Shown: piece after piece, positions 52,789-63,177 of the stretch
How the letters are laid out: each line of letters starts with the position of its first letter
Position numbering within the stretch: position 1 is the first letter of the stretch
Source of the DNA: Tetramitus jugosus
Taxonomy: Eukaryota > Protista > Heterolobosea
Reading direction: 5' to 3'
Assembly (NCBI GenBank): GCA_937625935.1
Contig: OW569376.1
Span: 310,001-374,000, forward strand
Length of the DNA: 64,000 bases
Made by a program: the position numbers and the translations under genes
The notes under the pieces: generated by a model
Database searches by the model: none
What the model was told of the DNA's origin: nothing
Seen by the model: only the letters and a program-made list of their open reading frames with translations

Positions 52789-55700
52789 TTATTGCTTGGT
52801 GGGCTTATGAGAGGATATGCTGGTCACTCTAACGCTTCTTCTGATACCTGGGAGTTCGTTCTCGAGAATACCATAAACTTTGTTCAGTTCTTGGCTATCT
52901 TCCTTGGTTTTGCGAAGGATCTGAACGGCGGCGATATGGGTCATTAATGAATACTTGGCGATATTAGGGTGCACCTTGTTCTCTGTAAACTTGTCAATCA
53001 TTGCCTTGTCTTCCACGGGCAGTACGATAAACGCATGGATAAACATGCCAGGTTCATCATCCAATGAAGCATCTGGTTCCTCCTTTAGTATCACTGATCC
53101 AGGATATAATCGCAACAATTTGTTTGTGAAATCAATTTGCTTCTCCAGAGGCTTGCCACGGTAAACAAAGGCATCACCTGTCAGACCCATTTGCTTGAAT
53201 CCTTGTCCATAATAACGAGCATAAAAGTATCTTGGAACAATTCTTTCTGTCGAGATGATTTGAGTGTAGAATGATCCCTCATTTTTCATCACATCCCTAA
53301 TCTTTGCATATGTCTTGTTTTGTTGGTAGATGTCACGGAGTTCTTTGCAATAGCCAATTGCCCTCTCAAAATCAGCACCTTCACTCAATAGGGATATCAT
53401 ATCCTTGACAATTTTTTCTCTTCTCTGGAAGGAGGTTTCTTCTGGATATTTTCCGGAGAAGTAGGGTAGGATTACCTTCCTGTCCCAAGATAGAGCATCA
53501 TAGTGAAGCTTCAATGCTAGAGCAGCTTCAATGTGGTTACCAAACTTAATATGCGAGTCACTGAGAATATGGATATACTTGAAGTACAGTTCCGTATTTC
53601 CACCGAACTTTAGAGATTCCATAATTTGAACGATAGCCTGAATTTTCAAGTCTTCATTATTGCCATACTGTTGTACTTTGACAACATCAGCCAGCATCGT
53701 ATTTAACCTAGATAGGAATGGAAATCCAATAGCGTTCATACTTTCATCCTTCTTAAATAGGAACTCCAGACCATCAATAAATGAGTTTCGGAACATATCA
53801 TCAATAGTACGTTCGAGCACACATCTCTGTGTAACATCTTCACAGAGTTCGATTGAATTTGATGTCTGATATTCATACTTCACGACATCATAGTAAAATT
53901 GGACAGCACGTTTGTGCATTTCTTCATTTCTAACATCAAGTAGGTTCATAATTGAGTTGATAATGGATGGTATAAAGGAGCTTCTTCGATTATCGATATC
54001 ATTCCAAAACTCCACAATGATCTCAACACAAGACAATCTCAGATCTCCTAACCTATTGTTGCTCATTTGTCTGTACTTTGTGAACGACTCAACTTGAATG
54101 AAGTCCGCAAAAATGAACGTAAACATGACAGAGAGCCATGAGTTCCACAGGTCAATGTCAAACTTCTCAGAAAATAGCAATCGCTTCTGTGCATTCTTTG
54201 CGACACTGCGCATGTTCTGAAGAACTGCCTCATACATTAGTGATTTCAGAGAGATGAAAGAGTTTTTGATGAAGGAGTGATTTTGGAGCAGTATTTTGTT
54301 CATTTGAACAAACTTTCTAATCGTTTCGAGGCTTATGCCAGATGCTACTTCTTCATCGCGAGTTAGATGATAGTCAAGTGATCCTTCTAGGCGATACAAG
54401 TTGACAAAGGTGAGCATAAAACTGAAGACATCACTCTTGGCTCTCTCAGCAGACTGAACATCACTACTCAGAGAAGATACTTTGTACACATCTGCTGTTT
54501 CACTCTTCTTGAGAGCATCCATAGATTGTTTTAACTCGGCAATTGTGACATTCATTTCATCAAAAGCTTGTGTAATATTCGATACGAGAGCAAACATTAA
54601 GAACAAGCAATCGGACACAGAATGCAATCCTTGATTCTGTATACTGACCTGGATTGAATCGAGCAATCCTTTGAGGATTTGAATGCAACTAATTCGTTCA
54701 GAATAACTTCTGTGGATGTGATATTGAGTCTCTTCAATCACTTTTGGTAATACAATCATTCTCGATTTGTTGTTGCTGAACACTCTACTCTTCACTACTT
54801 GTGTGATTAAGTTGAGCTTATACTGAGTCAACGAGGAGCTCTTACTTGAGCTCGAACGAGGAATTTCATTCAGGAATGTAAGTGTCAGATACCCAGACTG
54901 TTCAGCATCAAATATTTCCACAAAGCTATCGAATATACCTCCAGCATACTTAAACAGATTTGCTTGTGCGCCAACAAGAATATTCTTCTGAGAATTCATT
55001 AGTTCATAGAGTCGCTCCATAGCATATAAGAACTTTTTCTGGTATTCATTCTTTGGATCAACATCCTTGATTGTAAATTTTTGATCTTGTTGGTTGTCTT
55101 CTGCAAACTCAGGCTCAGCTTCGTTACTGTGATCTTCCACTTCTGTAATATGTATAGACAAGTCGAGATCAGGACTTTCTTGCGGTGTCATGGCACTCTC
55201 GCTTCGCTTATGCTTGGGAATGTAAAATGAAGTTTTCTCAAGTGCTACCTCTTCATCATTGTGAATCTCGCCAACCTTATGAGCCGCTAGGTACAATGTT
55301 CTCGATCTAACGATAAACTTGAACAAGTAGTCCATAGCTTTTATGCTTTCTCTAACCTTGGCTGCCATTGATAGTTCATCCATCTTATTCAAGTTCTGAA
55401 TCAAGAAGTAAAGGAACCATTTTTGAGCCTGAATAGACTTAAAGTGTACCGTTACATATTCATCCATCACATGCTTAAAATGATCAAATTGACTGTGACT
55501 CACAAGACTACAGATAATTTCAACAATTGCTTCATAGATGAGCAATGAAACTTCCTTTTGATCATATTGATCAAGAATTTCGAACATGGCATCGAAAATT
55601 TCTCTTAACAATGCAACTTTCTCTTGCATTGGGCAGAAAAGGAATCGATCCAGGATCTCCTTCTTTGGGGTTGATACCTTTCTCCAGTTTAATAAGTTTC

Positions 55701-58155
55701 GAATGTCCTCATTCTTACTGACCCTGGTCGATACGATCGTGTGCTGTACACTTAAAGTGTGTTTTGTGAGCAGCTTGGACACATGCTCATCATTTTCATT
55801 AAAGTTGTGAATGTTCTCCTCCAACTGTTTGCTATACTTGTAAACAGGCATGGTAAATAGTCCATCATTGGACATATTTCTGTTCTGCAAATTGAAGGAT
55901 CCACCCTTCTCAGTTACTTTCCAGGAAGCAATACCAAATGGTGTACCTTTGGAGGATTGCTTTCCTGCAATATCAGTAAATAGAAATACAACGGTTGCTT
56001 TGTCCAAATCTTCGGGAGCAACACCAATTTTAAACATATCATTCCACGATGGGTTCTTGACATGGTAGTAAACGGGCGCACTATATGAATCGGACATGTC
56101 TGACTCACTATTCGTATGAACACCACCAACGATACATTTGATAGGAGCTGGTTTGTCATGGGGGTTAAATGGTCTGAATAGAACTTTTGCTTCTACTAAA
56201 ACACTTCTCAATTTGGTGCTCTTAAATGCGGCGTTAGCCATTGTGATGTAAATATCATTCCTCATATCACCTGGAGAGATAGCAGAGGGAAAGTGTAGCA
56301 TTCGGCACGATTTTAGTCTACCCCACTCTGGACCGATTTTTACAACGTCGTTGTAGTGACCAGATTGCGCTCGAAGACCGATTGTCAATCCTCTTTCCAG
56401 TTCATGTTGAGGCGCAAAATCGTATGATGCAACCTTTTGATGGATAATAACATCATAAAGCGATGCGAATTCATCCTCTTTCGATGTAATATACATTTGA
56501 AGTGTGTCTGATGTGAATCTTCCTCCAGACATTAGCGTAGATACTACAACAGGCGAGAGCTCCAAGATGGAGCAACCGTATGGTCTCTTGAGTTCTAGCG
56601 CAGACTTTTCTTTTGTTTGTTTTGTTGAAGTGCGAAGCATGGCTCCGACACGATAAACCTTGGCAATCAAGTATAACTCACTCTTGAAATCATTCTCATC
56701 CAGATCTCTTATCAAAATTCGATGTGCTACTTGAGAGGATTGACCTACAATAATCTGTTCACTCACAGTTTGCTTTTTCTTGGCACTGTACAACGATAGA
56801 TGCACCTCCGCATGGATATTAAACTGGTTCGTAAATGTACACGGATCAATCTGAATCATTAATTGATGATTTCCTTCTTGTATGTTGGTAAACTCCTTCA
56901 CAGTTTCTTGTGCATTGTTCGTTAGATTCGATGGAGAGAGCTGCAGCTTTAGTTGAGCACCGAGGAATCCCGTGATATTTCGGATGCTTCGATGAGTGTC
57001 ACTTCTAGACAACATGTAACCCTGACTCAATCGATTTGTAAGTTTGTTGCTTGGACTGCCAACAGTAGGTGAGGAAGAAGTAGAAGGAGTGGAAGCATCT
57101 TGGTGAGCATTAGCTCTTCTTGGACTTATAGAGCTATCATTGCTATACGCTCGCAACAAATCGGATATCGATGTCAAGTTGACGTCTTCATTCTGTTTCA
57201 ATGCAACATCTTCATGCACCAACGATGCCAACGATCGCATCGACTTTAGAATTTGGTCGTTCTGAGATTGCAACTCATTCGAATTCTCCTGTTTGTGAGC
57301 ATTTCGATAACTACGAATACAACGTACCAATTCACTCAAAATACACATTAGCGATTCAAAATTTTCCTCTGATTCAATCAAATGTCTCAACAACATTCTC
57401 CAATCATAAACAATCTCCAACACTTTTTGAGTCAGTGGTATTCTCCATTCAGGAAACATTCCATCACCACCATCATCACCATCATCACTTCCCACACGAT
57501 TAAAAAATTGAGTTTTTCTCATCTTTGACTTGAAATATTTGGATTCAGAGATGAGATCCAATCGATTCTCAATTGAATCATTGTTCGCTGCCAGTTTTTT
57601 CAATTGATTCATTTGATGATCCACAGCAAATGCATCATAACTACTCTGTACAGAATTGGATTGTAGTTCACTGAGAATGAACACGTGATTCGATCGAATG
57701 AATCCCATGGTCGTTGCACCAGAAATCTTTGATGATGAGAGGCCCATCATTGACATTCGAACACTTGCTACTGCATCTGCAGTGGACATGACCGATGATG
57801 GAAGAGGAGGAGAGGACGGTGACGATGGCAACGACGAAAACGATGACGAAGGCGACAGTGAAGTAAAGGAGGAAGAAAGAGTCGGTTCAGAGGGCCTCGT
57901 TGGCTTGTAGAGTGCAGCTCTATACCATCCACATTTTTCATCCGTGATGAACACGAGGTCGCCTACGTATTCATTGAGCTCGGTGGAGCTTGGTGTTTGA
58001 ACCACTGTGAATATCACAAAAAAAAATTGGCTGTAAGCTTTTTTTTCCGATGGATCCGTTATGAAAAAGGCGGGAGAGAAGAGTGTGAACTTACCTATAC
58101 CAATGGCATCTCTTGGAGTCCAATCATTGTTGCTCTGATGTTTGGTGTGATTCAT
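52789..58155 (-). CDS. DOCK: DOCK-family protein (SH3-like, DHR-1/C2, ARM, partial DHR-2); probable in-frame intron 58005-58094
   Basis: GDLVFITDEKCGWYRA (SH3-like), KRPYGC, RNDIYIT, YYHVKNPSWND.FKI, YFKYIHIL..H...GNHIEAALAL.LH, YFYARYYGQGF...FVYRG and LPGIRR. Confidence 0.9.
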   Translation of the reverse strand: MNHTKHQSNNDWTPRDAIGIGKFTLFSPAFFITDPSEKKAYSQFFFVIFTVVQTPSSTELNEYVGDLVFITDEKCGWYRAALYKPTRPSEPTLSSSFTSLSPSSSFSSLPSSPSSPPLPSSVMSTADAVASVRMSMMGLSSSKISGATTMGFIRSNHVFILSELQSNSVQSSYDAFAVDHQMNQLKKLAANNDSIENRLDLISESKYFKSKMRKTQFFNRVGSDDGDDGGDGMFPEWRIPLTQKVLEIVYDWRMLLRHLIESEENFESLMCILSELVRCIRSYRNAHKQENSNELQSQNDQILKSMRSLASLVHEDVALKQNEDVNLTSISDLLRAYSNDSSISPRRANAHQDASTPSTSSSPTVGSPSNKLTNRLSQGYMLSRSDTHRSIRNITGFLGAQLKLQLSPSNLTNNAQETVKEFTNIQEGNHQLMIQIDPCTFTNQFNIHAEVHLSLYSAKKKQTVSEQIIVGQSSQVAHRILIRDLDENDFKSELYLIAKVYRVGAMLRTSTKQTKEKSALELKRPYGCSILELSPVVVSTLMSGGRFTSDTLQMYITSKEDEFASLYDVIIHQKVASYDFAPQHELERGLTIGLRAQSGHYNDVVKIGPEWGRLKSCRMLHFPSAISPGDMRNDIYITMANAAFKSTKLRSVLVEAKVLFRPFNPHDKPAPIKCIVGGVHTNSESDMSDSYSAPVYYHVKNPSWNDMFKIGVAPEDLDKATVVFLFTDIAGKQSSKGTPFGIASWKVTEKGGSFNLQNRNMSNDGLFTMPVYKYSKQLEENIHNFNENDEHVSKLLTKHTLSVQHTIVSTRVSKNEDIRNLLNWRKVSTPKKEILDRFLFCPMQEKVALLREIFDAMFEILDQYDQKEVSLLIYEAIVEIICSLVSHSQFDHFKHVMDEYVTVHFKSIQAQKWFLYFLIQNLNKMDELSMAAKVRESIKAMDYLFKFIVRSRTLYLAAHKVGEIHNDEEVALEKTSFYIPKHKRSESAMTPQESPDLDLSIHITEVEDHSNEAEPEFAEDNQQDQKFTIKDVDPKNEYQKKFLYAMERLYELMNSQKNILVGAQANLFKYAGGIFDSFVEIFDAEQSGYLTLTFLNEIPRSSSSKSSSLTQYKLNLITQVVKSRVFSNNKSRMIVLPKVIEETQYHIHRSYSERISCIQILKGLLDSIQVSIQNQGLHSVSDCLFLMFALVSNITQAFDEMNVTIAELKQSMDALKKSETADVYKVSSLSSDVQSAERAKSDVFSFMLTFVNLYRLEGSLDYHLTRDEEVASGISLETIRKFVQMNKILLQNHSFIKNSFISLKSLMYEAVLQNMRSVAKNAQKRLLFSEKFDIDLWNSWLSVMFTFIFADFIQVESFTKYRQMSNNRLGDLRLSCVEIIVEFWNDIDNRRSSFIPSIINSIMNLLDVRNEEMHKRAVQFYYDVVKYEYQTSNSIELCEDVTQRCVLERTIDDMFRNSFIDGLEFLFKKDESMNAIGFPFLSRLNTMLADVVKVQQYGNNEDLKIQAIVQIMESLKFGGNTELYFKYIHILSDSHIKFGNHIEAALALKLHYDALSWDRKVILPYFSGKYPEETSFQRREKIVKDMISLLSEGADFERAIGYCKELRDIYQQNKTYAKIRDVMKNEGSFYTQIISTERIVPRYFYARYYGQGFKQMGLTGDAFVYRGKPLEKQIDFTNKLLRLYPGSVILKEEPDASLDDEPGMFIHAFIVLPVEDKAMIDKFTENKVHPNIAKYSLMTHIAAVQILRKTKEDSQELNKVYGILENELPGIRRSVRVTSISSHKPTKQ

Positions 58156-58351
58156 GGCTGAAATCCGCTTTTTGTTTTGTTGTGTTTTACCAAACCGAAA
58201 AGAGAGGAGAATCATCCCGATTGTGACAATGGTAAGGAGGAGTTTATTTGACATGTGACAACGAACCGAAATCGGGACGGAGAAACAGTCGATCGAGAAT
58301 TTGATCGAAGAGCAGTTTCAGCAAAGGATTGCTGAAAGTCACAACAAGAAA

Positions 58352-59152
58352 ATGAGTAACAATAGCAAGAATGGATCGAAAAAGTCCATTAGAACGATTG
58401 TAAATAAAGGAATTGGATTGTTTCACACTGGTGGATCATTTACAAGGGGTTCTAGCAAAAACTTAAGTTCGGAAGAAAAGCCTTCGATGACACTCGAGGA
58501 ATTTATGCAAAAAGTAAACAGGGAAAAAGAGTCCAAGAGTACAGATCGTGATAGAATTGAAAAACCAAGTAAAATGCACAACACAAGACAGAATAAGATC
58601 TTGCTCTTGAAGAGTGATGAACATCGTAACTTTGACAATTATTGGGAGACGAGAGTTGAGAAATTAAGGAATCAAACACCAGATCTAAGTGTTTATGGCA
58701 AGTTAGATATTGTCAAGAATGGTACATTGATTGATGAGGGTGGTAAAATGCAAGTGAAGCAAATATTTAAGGGCTATTCATTTTATTTCAATGGGCTGAC
58801 AACTGCGAGTTGTGGCAAGGAGAATAATTTGTCACAGACACATCTGGCTCATTTGGCAACATTGCATGGAGCAGTGGTGTTGCCCTATCTAGCAAAGAAG
58901 AAACTGACACACATTATTTGTGAGAATGTGTGTCAATCAAAACAAGAACGAGTCCTCACTCTGAAAAAGGGGTTAAAGTTCTCTTCTGTTCGAGTCGTTG
59001 ACGGTGTGGCGATGAACATTTCAGCTCTACATTATGTAAAGCCCTCATGGTTGATCGAATCGATTAAGAACGGATGCGCACTACCTGAGCTTCAATATAG
59101 CACCATGTCGGATCACACCGCCCGCACGTTGAGTGACTTCACACCAAAATGA
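58352..59152 (+). CDS. Stand-alone REV1-type BRCT domain protein
   Basis: YWETRVEKLRNQ...IFKGYSFYFNGLT...LHGA....Y..KKKLTHII.EN...VKPSWLIESIKNG..LP..QY, which parallels the REV1 N-terminal helix plus BRCT. Confidence 0.8.
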   Translation: MSNNSKNGSKKSIRTIVNKGIGLFHTGGSFTRGSSKNLSSEEKPSMTLEEFMQKVNREKESKSTDRDRIEKPSKMHNTRQNKILLLKSDEHRNFDNYWETRVEKLRNQTPDLSVYGKLDIVKNGTLIDEGGKMQVKQIFKGYSFYFNGLTTASCGKENNLSQTHLAHLATLHGAVVLPYLAKKKLTHIICENVCQSKQERVLTLKKGLKFSSVRVVDGVAMNISALHYVKPSWLIESIKNGCALPELQYSTMSDHTARTLSDFTPK

Positions 59153-59185
59153 AGGACTTATTACAATAGAGCTCCAATTCGTTTA

Positions 59186-62100
59186 TTAACATGGACTGGG
59201 AGGTGGTTTACCATTCTCGTCCAAGAAGAATGTGTGCATTTCGCCAATTCCTTTCGCCATAATCGCACCTTCTCGTTCTCTGATTGTAAATTGTGATGTT
59301 CCACCTTCTGATAGAGTGGATTTGAGATTGGGCGAGATATGAATATGATTCACAAGCCCCGTAGTTGTCATTCTGGATGCTTCATTGATTGTTGTTCCAA
59401 AGCAATCGTACAGAAATTTGTCGTCGCCAACTACACCACTGATAATTGGTCCCTGGGCAGCTCCAATCTTGATACCTATACATTCTGGTTTCTTCAAGTA
59501 TTGGGCATGTTCATTTAAGATCTTTCTTGAGACCTTTCTCATGCGTACCAACAGATTTGCCATCTTAACAGCGGATCTGTATCGACCCTCGTGCTCATCA
59601 TTTGTTGCAGGACGTCTCAGACCAGTTACAACCAAGAATAAGTTGTTGATTGATTTGATCTTGTCACAATCCAATTCCTCGCATAAGGAATCAAACTCAG
59701 TAAACAGATTGTTCAACAGTGACAGAGCGTGCCCAACGTTATGATAATTGAAACACTCATTATCAAACCCAACAACATCTATAAATGCAGCACATCCATC
59801 TGGTATGTAATCCCATATTCTCTCAGGATCTTGTTTCAAGGTATCAGCCACAGATTGAGGCAGAACACATCTCACCAGCCGATCATTTCTCATGTTTTCA
59901 ATTTTTGAGAGCTTGCACTGACTTCCCAAGTTCTTCTTCATAATCCATGCTTCGATCATTGACTGGTCCATGAAGTAACTGGTAAAATTCATACAGACAA
60001 CACAGAATATTCCGAATACCATATCGTTCATCTGGAAGCTAAACTTGTCATTCTTGTTAAAAAACCTTGTAATCAGTTGATCGGTTGACAAAAACAGAAG
60101 CAAGGTTACACTTGAGAGTATCAATCGAAGGACAAATGGCACCAGTGGCATGACTCCTACTACGACAATAATGCCCCATACGACACAGAGCGCAGTGACA
60201 TCTTGTTTCAAGTTGTTTTCGAATTGAAGTGCCAACGGACAGATAAGAGCCAATAGCAATGATATCCCTGCTCCCAAAAACACCATCCGAATACTCTTTC
60301 CATATTTCGTATATGAGACAGCAATTACAATCAATTGCAGCAGAGCGGAGAGGTATAATACCACTGCCGATAGGACATGAGAGAATGGAAAGTATCCAAC
60401 CTGGAGTACGTTGACAGCTAATGTACTGATAATCATCAAGATATAGAAAGTACTTTGAAATGCGAAAATGGCTCTATATGAATGGAGTGCTTCTTGGAAC
60501 GAGCTCTTAATGAACATTAGTCCCGTTTCGAAACTCTTGAACATCAACAACCAATTATTTACCTCCAAGTTGAGCTGTGGTTCTTCATACTGGGGTATAT
60601 CTTCAAAATCTAGAAATTCTGTCACTTGCTCCAACATCTTGTGACTAGAGTATGCCTCGGAAGAAAAATTACGGTACGTGGCGCAAGTTTTGCTCTCTTC
60701 GAGTGCTGCTTCCTCCCCCAAAAACTCACATGTTACATAATACGAAGTAATGTTAGGCATAGAATCGTCGGTCGCATGGGGACAAGAAGCGTAGACATCA
60801 CTCGGGCTAAACACAAAATTATTGGGTACGTGTTGCAATTCCTTCATAACAGCTTCTGTCACATGAACAGAATTGACTTTTGATGTACGCTCCATGATTG
60901 CTGCATACGCGACAGACTCCAATCCAAATATGTCAAATGTGATTCTTGATTTGCCCAAAATACAGGCATAAGCATCCCCACATGCAACACCGATTCGAAT
61001 ATTGAAATGCCAACCATAGTCCTTGTTTAACTGACTCATTGCCTCAATCATCTCTAGTGCCACCATTACACAATCTCTAACATAATGAGCTTCACACGTC
61101 TTCTTCTGACATATCGATAGAGCAAAATATGCATCACCAACTGTTTTCACCTTGGATACATTATGAGCCTGAGTAATTTGGTCAAATCTTGAGAATTGGA
61201 GATTTAGAATATGCAAGAGATCTCGGCTAGAAACAGTTCGAGAAAAATTGGTAAACCCTTCAATGTCTGACAAAAGAACACATGTTCGTTTCAGGTAGTG
61301 CACTCTCTTCAGCTCCTTTGACCTTGCTGATGAATACTCTGCCTCCAGAAAGAACAAAAAATGAGCAGGTAAGATATTGTTCAATAATTGCTCCGTTTGG
61401 AGGTACTCCTCGTGCAGCTCCTTCTTTTGATTTTGTAGTGACATCTCTGCCAAGAAATGAGACCGATAGTACCTCTCTAGAAACCTCAATTGACACAGAC
61501 TCATCGATCCAAATAATAGAATCCATAGCGAGTAAACTGTTCCTCGAACATAAACCGTTTTACTCATACTATAGCGGCTCATGATGAAAAATGTGACAAC
61601 ATAGCTGGTCAATGATAGTATGGGGATAGCAAACATGAAGAACGACCGAACATGGAAGAGAGTAAATGTCACAAATGTGATAATGAGCGGTGCAGTGGGG
61701 AACTGTCTGTCCTGTTGATCGAACCAAATAGCAGTTTCGATACACGAGTAGACACAAACCACATTACAAATCATGGCAGTCAACAACTCACAAATCTGGT
61801 GCGTCGTTCGTTTCTTCTTCCGTTCCTCTGAATTCATTAGATTATGTATCACAGCATACACCATGGAAGCAAATATCAGAATAGAAACGTTGATGATCAA
61901 GTCTACAATATAACGTACGCTGGCACGATCTCTCTCTGATGGATAACTTGGTTTGATCAAGGCAAAATCAACAACAAGATAGAGTGTTGATATGATGATA
62001 GCTACGAACAGAGTGACTCTCAATGTTTCCATATCACTACCATAGTATCTCTGAACGAATTGGAACTCTAGATCCGAGTCGACAAACCACTGACTGAACC

Positions 62101-62824
62101 AGTATTGATGATCCTTTGTTTGCATTGGTTTCTTTTGCGCTAAAGAACCTGTTTTAAAGGTTCCGGAGGTTGTTGAGGAGGCAGTTGGAGGAGAGACTTC
62201 AAAAGACTGGATAATAGCAGGAATTTGAGAGTGTGGTTGAATCAATAGACTTGTTGCATTCCCGCTCCCCCTTCTCTCCATAATAGACTGCTTAGCATCG
62301 GGACTGTTAACACGAGTCCCCTGGTGGTGGTGTTGAATCGCCCCATCGGTACTTTGAGCTCGTAATAAAGCACTGCCAAGTCGGTCCTTGACGTCCACAT
62401 TCTCCTGCAAAAAACTTGTGAAAATATTGTTCTCTCCTGGCGATGTTTGTCGCGAAAAATGTTGACGCAAAGCGCGCAAGGCTGGTTGACTGACCACTGG
62501 CGGAGCAGAGAAAGTTCCTGAACCAAATGTAACTGCCGTGTATGGACTGTGAACAATGGTTGGAGTTGTGGAAGTACTGGAAGCAGTCCTGCTTGATTCA
62601 GGTGTGTGAACTGAGATGCTGAGATTGCGAGGCAGTGAAGCACGTCTCTTGATCCACTTGCGATTCGTGGAGAGACCTATTCGCTTTGGAACTTTTAATG
62701 AGCCAGAACGTTTCTGCTCTGGTTCTTCCACCTCACCGTTGTTTAATTGTAAATTGTGCTCGCTGCCGTGATTGACGTTCGATGAATCCTCGTCTAATAA
62801 CGGTTGATACTTCATTTCCTGCAT
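59186..62824 (-). CDS. Class III adenylyl cyclase with 6TM-C1-6TM-C2 topology
   Basis: C1 has SDIEGFT and KTVGDAY (metal-binding Asps). C2 has KIKS, YDCFG and TINEASRM (Lys/Asp for ATP specificity, Asn/Arg for the transition state). Confidence 0.92.
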   Translation of the reverse strand: MQEMKYQPLLDEDSSNVNHGSEHNLQLNNGEVEEPEQKRSGSLKVPKRIGLSTNRKWIKRRASLPRNLSISVHTPESSRTASSTSTTPTIVHSPYTAVTFGSGTFSAPPVVSQPALRALRQHFSRQTSPGENNIFTSFLQENVDVKDRLGSALLRAQSTDGAIQHHHQGTRVNSPDAKQSIMERRGSGNATSLLIQPHSQIPAIIQSFEVSPPTASSTTSGTFKTGSLAQKKPMQTKDHQYWFSQWFVDSDLEFQFVQRYYGSDMETLRVTLFVAIIISTLYLVVDFALIKPSYPSERDRASVRYIVDLIINVSILIFASMVYAVIHNLMNSEERKKKRTTHQICELLTAMICNVVCVYSCIETAIWFDQQDRQFPTAPLIITFVTFTLFHVRSFFMFAIPILSLTSYVVTFFIMSRYSMSKTVYVRGTVYSLWILLFGSMSLCQLRFLERYYRSHFLAEMSLQNQKKELHEEYLQTEQLLNNILPAHFLFFLEAEYSSARSKELKRVHYLKRTCVLLSDIEGFTNFSRTVSSRDLLHILNLQFSRFDQITQAHNVSKVKTVGDAYFALSICQKKTCEAHYVRDCVMVALEMIEAMSQLNKDYGWHFNIRIGVACGDAYACILGKSRITFDIFGLESVAYAAIMERTSKVNSVHVTEAVMKELQHVPNNFVFSPSDVYASCPHATDDSMPNITSYYVTCEFLGEEAALEESKTCATYRNFSSEAYSSHKMLEQVTEFLDFEDIPQYEEPQLNLEVNNWLLMFKSFETGLMFIKSSFQEALHSYRAIFAFQSTFYILMIISTLAVNVLQVGYFPFSHVLSAVVLYLSALLQLIVIAVSYTKYGKSIRMVFLGAGISLLLALICPLALQFENNLKQDVTALCVVWGIIVVVGVMPLVPFVLRLILSSVTLLLFLSTDQLITRFFNKNDKFSFQMNDMVFGIFCVVCMNFTSYFMDQSMIEAWIMKKNLGSQCKLSKIENMRNDRLVRCVLPQSVADTLKQDPERIWDYIPDGCAAFIDVVGFDNECFNYHNVGHALSLLNNLFTEFDSLCEELDCDKIKSINNLFLVVTGLRRPATNDEHEGRYRSAVKMANLLVRMRKVSRKILNEHAQYLKKPECIGIKIGAAQGPIISGVVGDDKFLYDCFGTTINEASRMTTTGLVNHIHISPNLKSTLSEGGTSQFTIREREGAIMAKGIGEMHTFFLDENGKPPPSPC

Positions 62825-63177
62825 ATTTTGTTAAATCTTCTTGTTCTTCATTTACACTTTTCTGTGAATTTGCTGATATCAAGAGATGGTAATTTGAACA
62901 CATTTCCCTTGTACAACACGTTGTGTTTACCATGTTTTTTTATATATAAAATATATAAAAAAACATGCGCCCAAAATACTTTGCTCCAGAGATCACAGAA
63001 TGTCCAAAAACACATCGGATTGTTTGTCGTTCGTTAAGCATCGAAGGAGTTCCTCAGGTATACACTTGCAATATATGGTAGGAGTGATAAATAATTAAAG
63101 TTTACAATATTGTAAATGACAATGTAGAAATTTGTACAAAATAAAACAACACGAAGGGAAACTGGGCAAGGAGCAGA

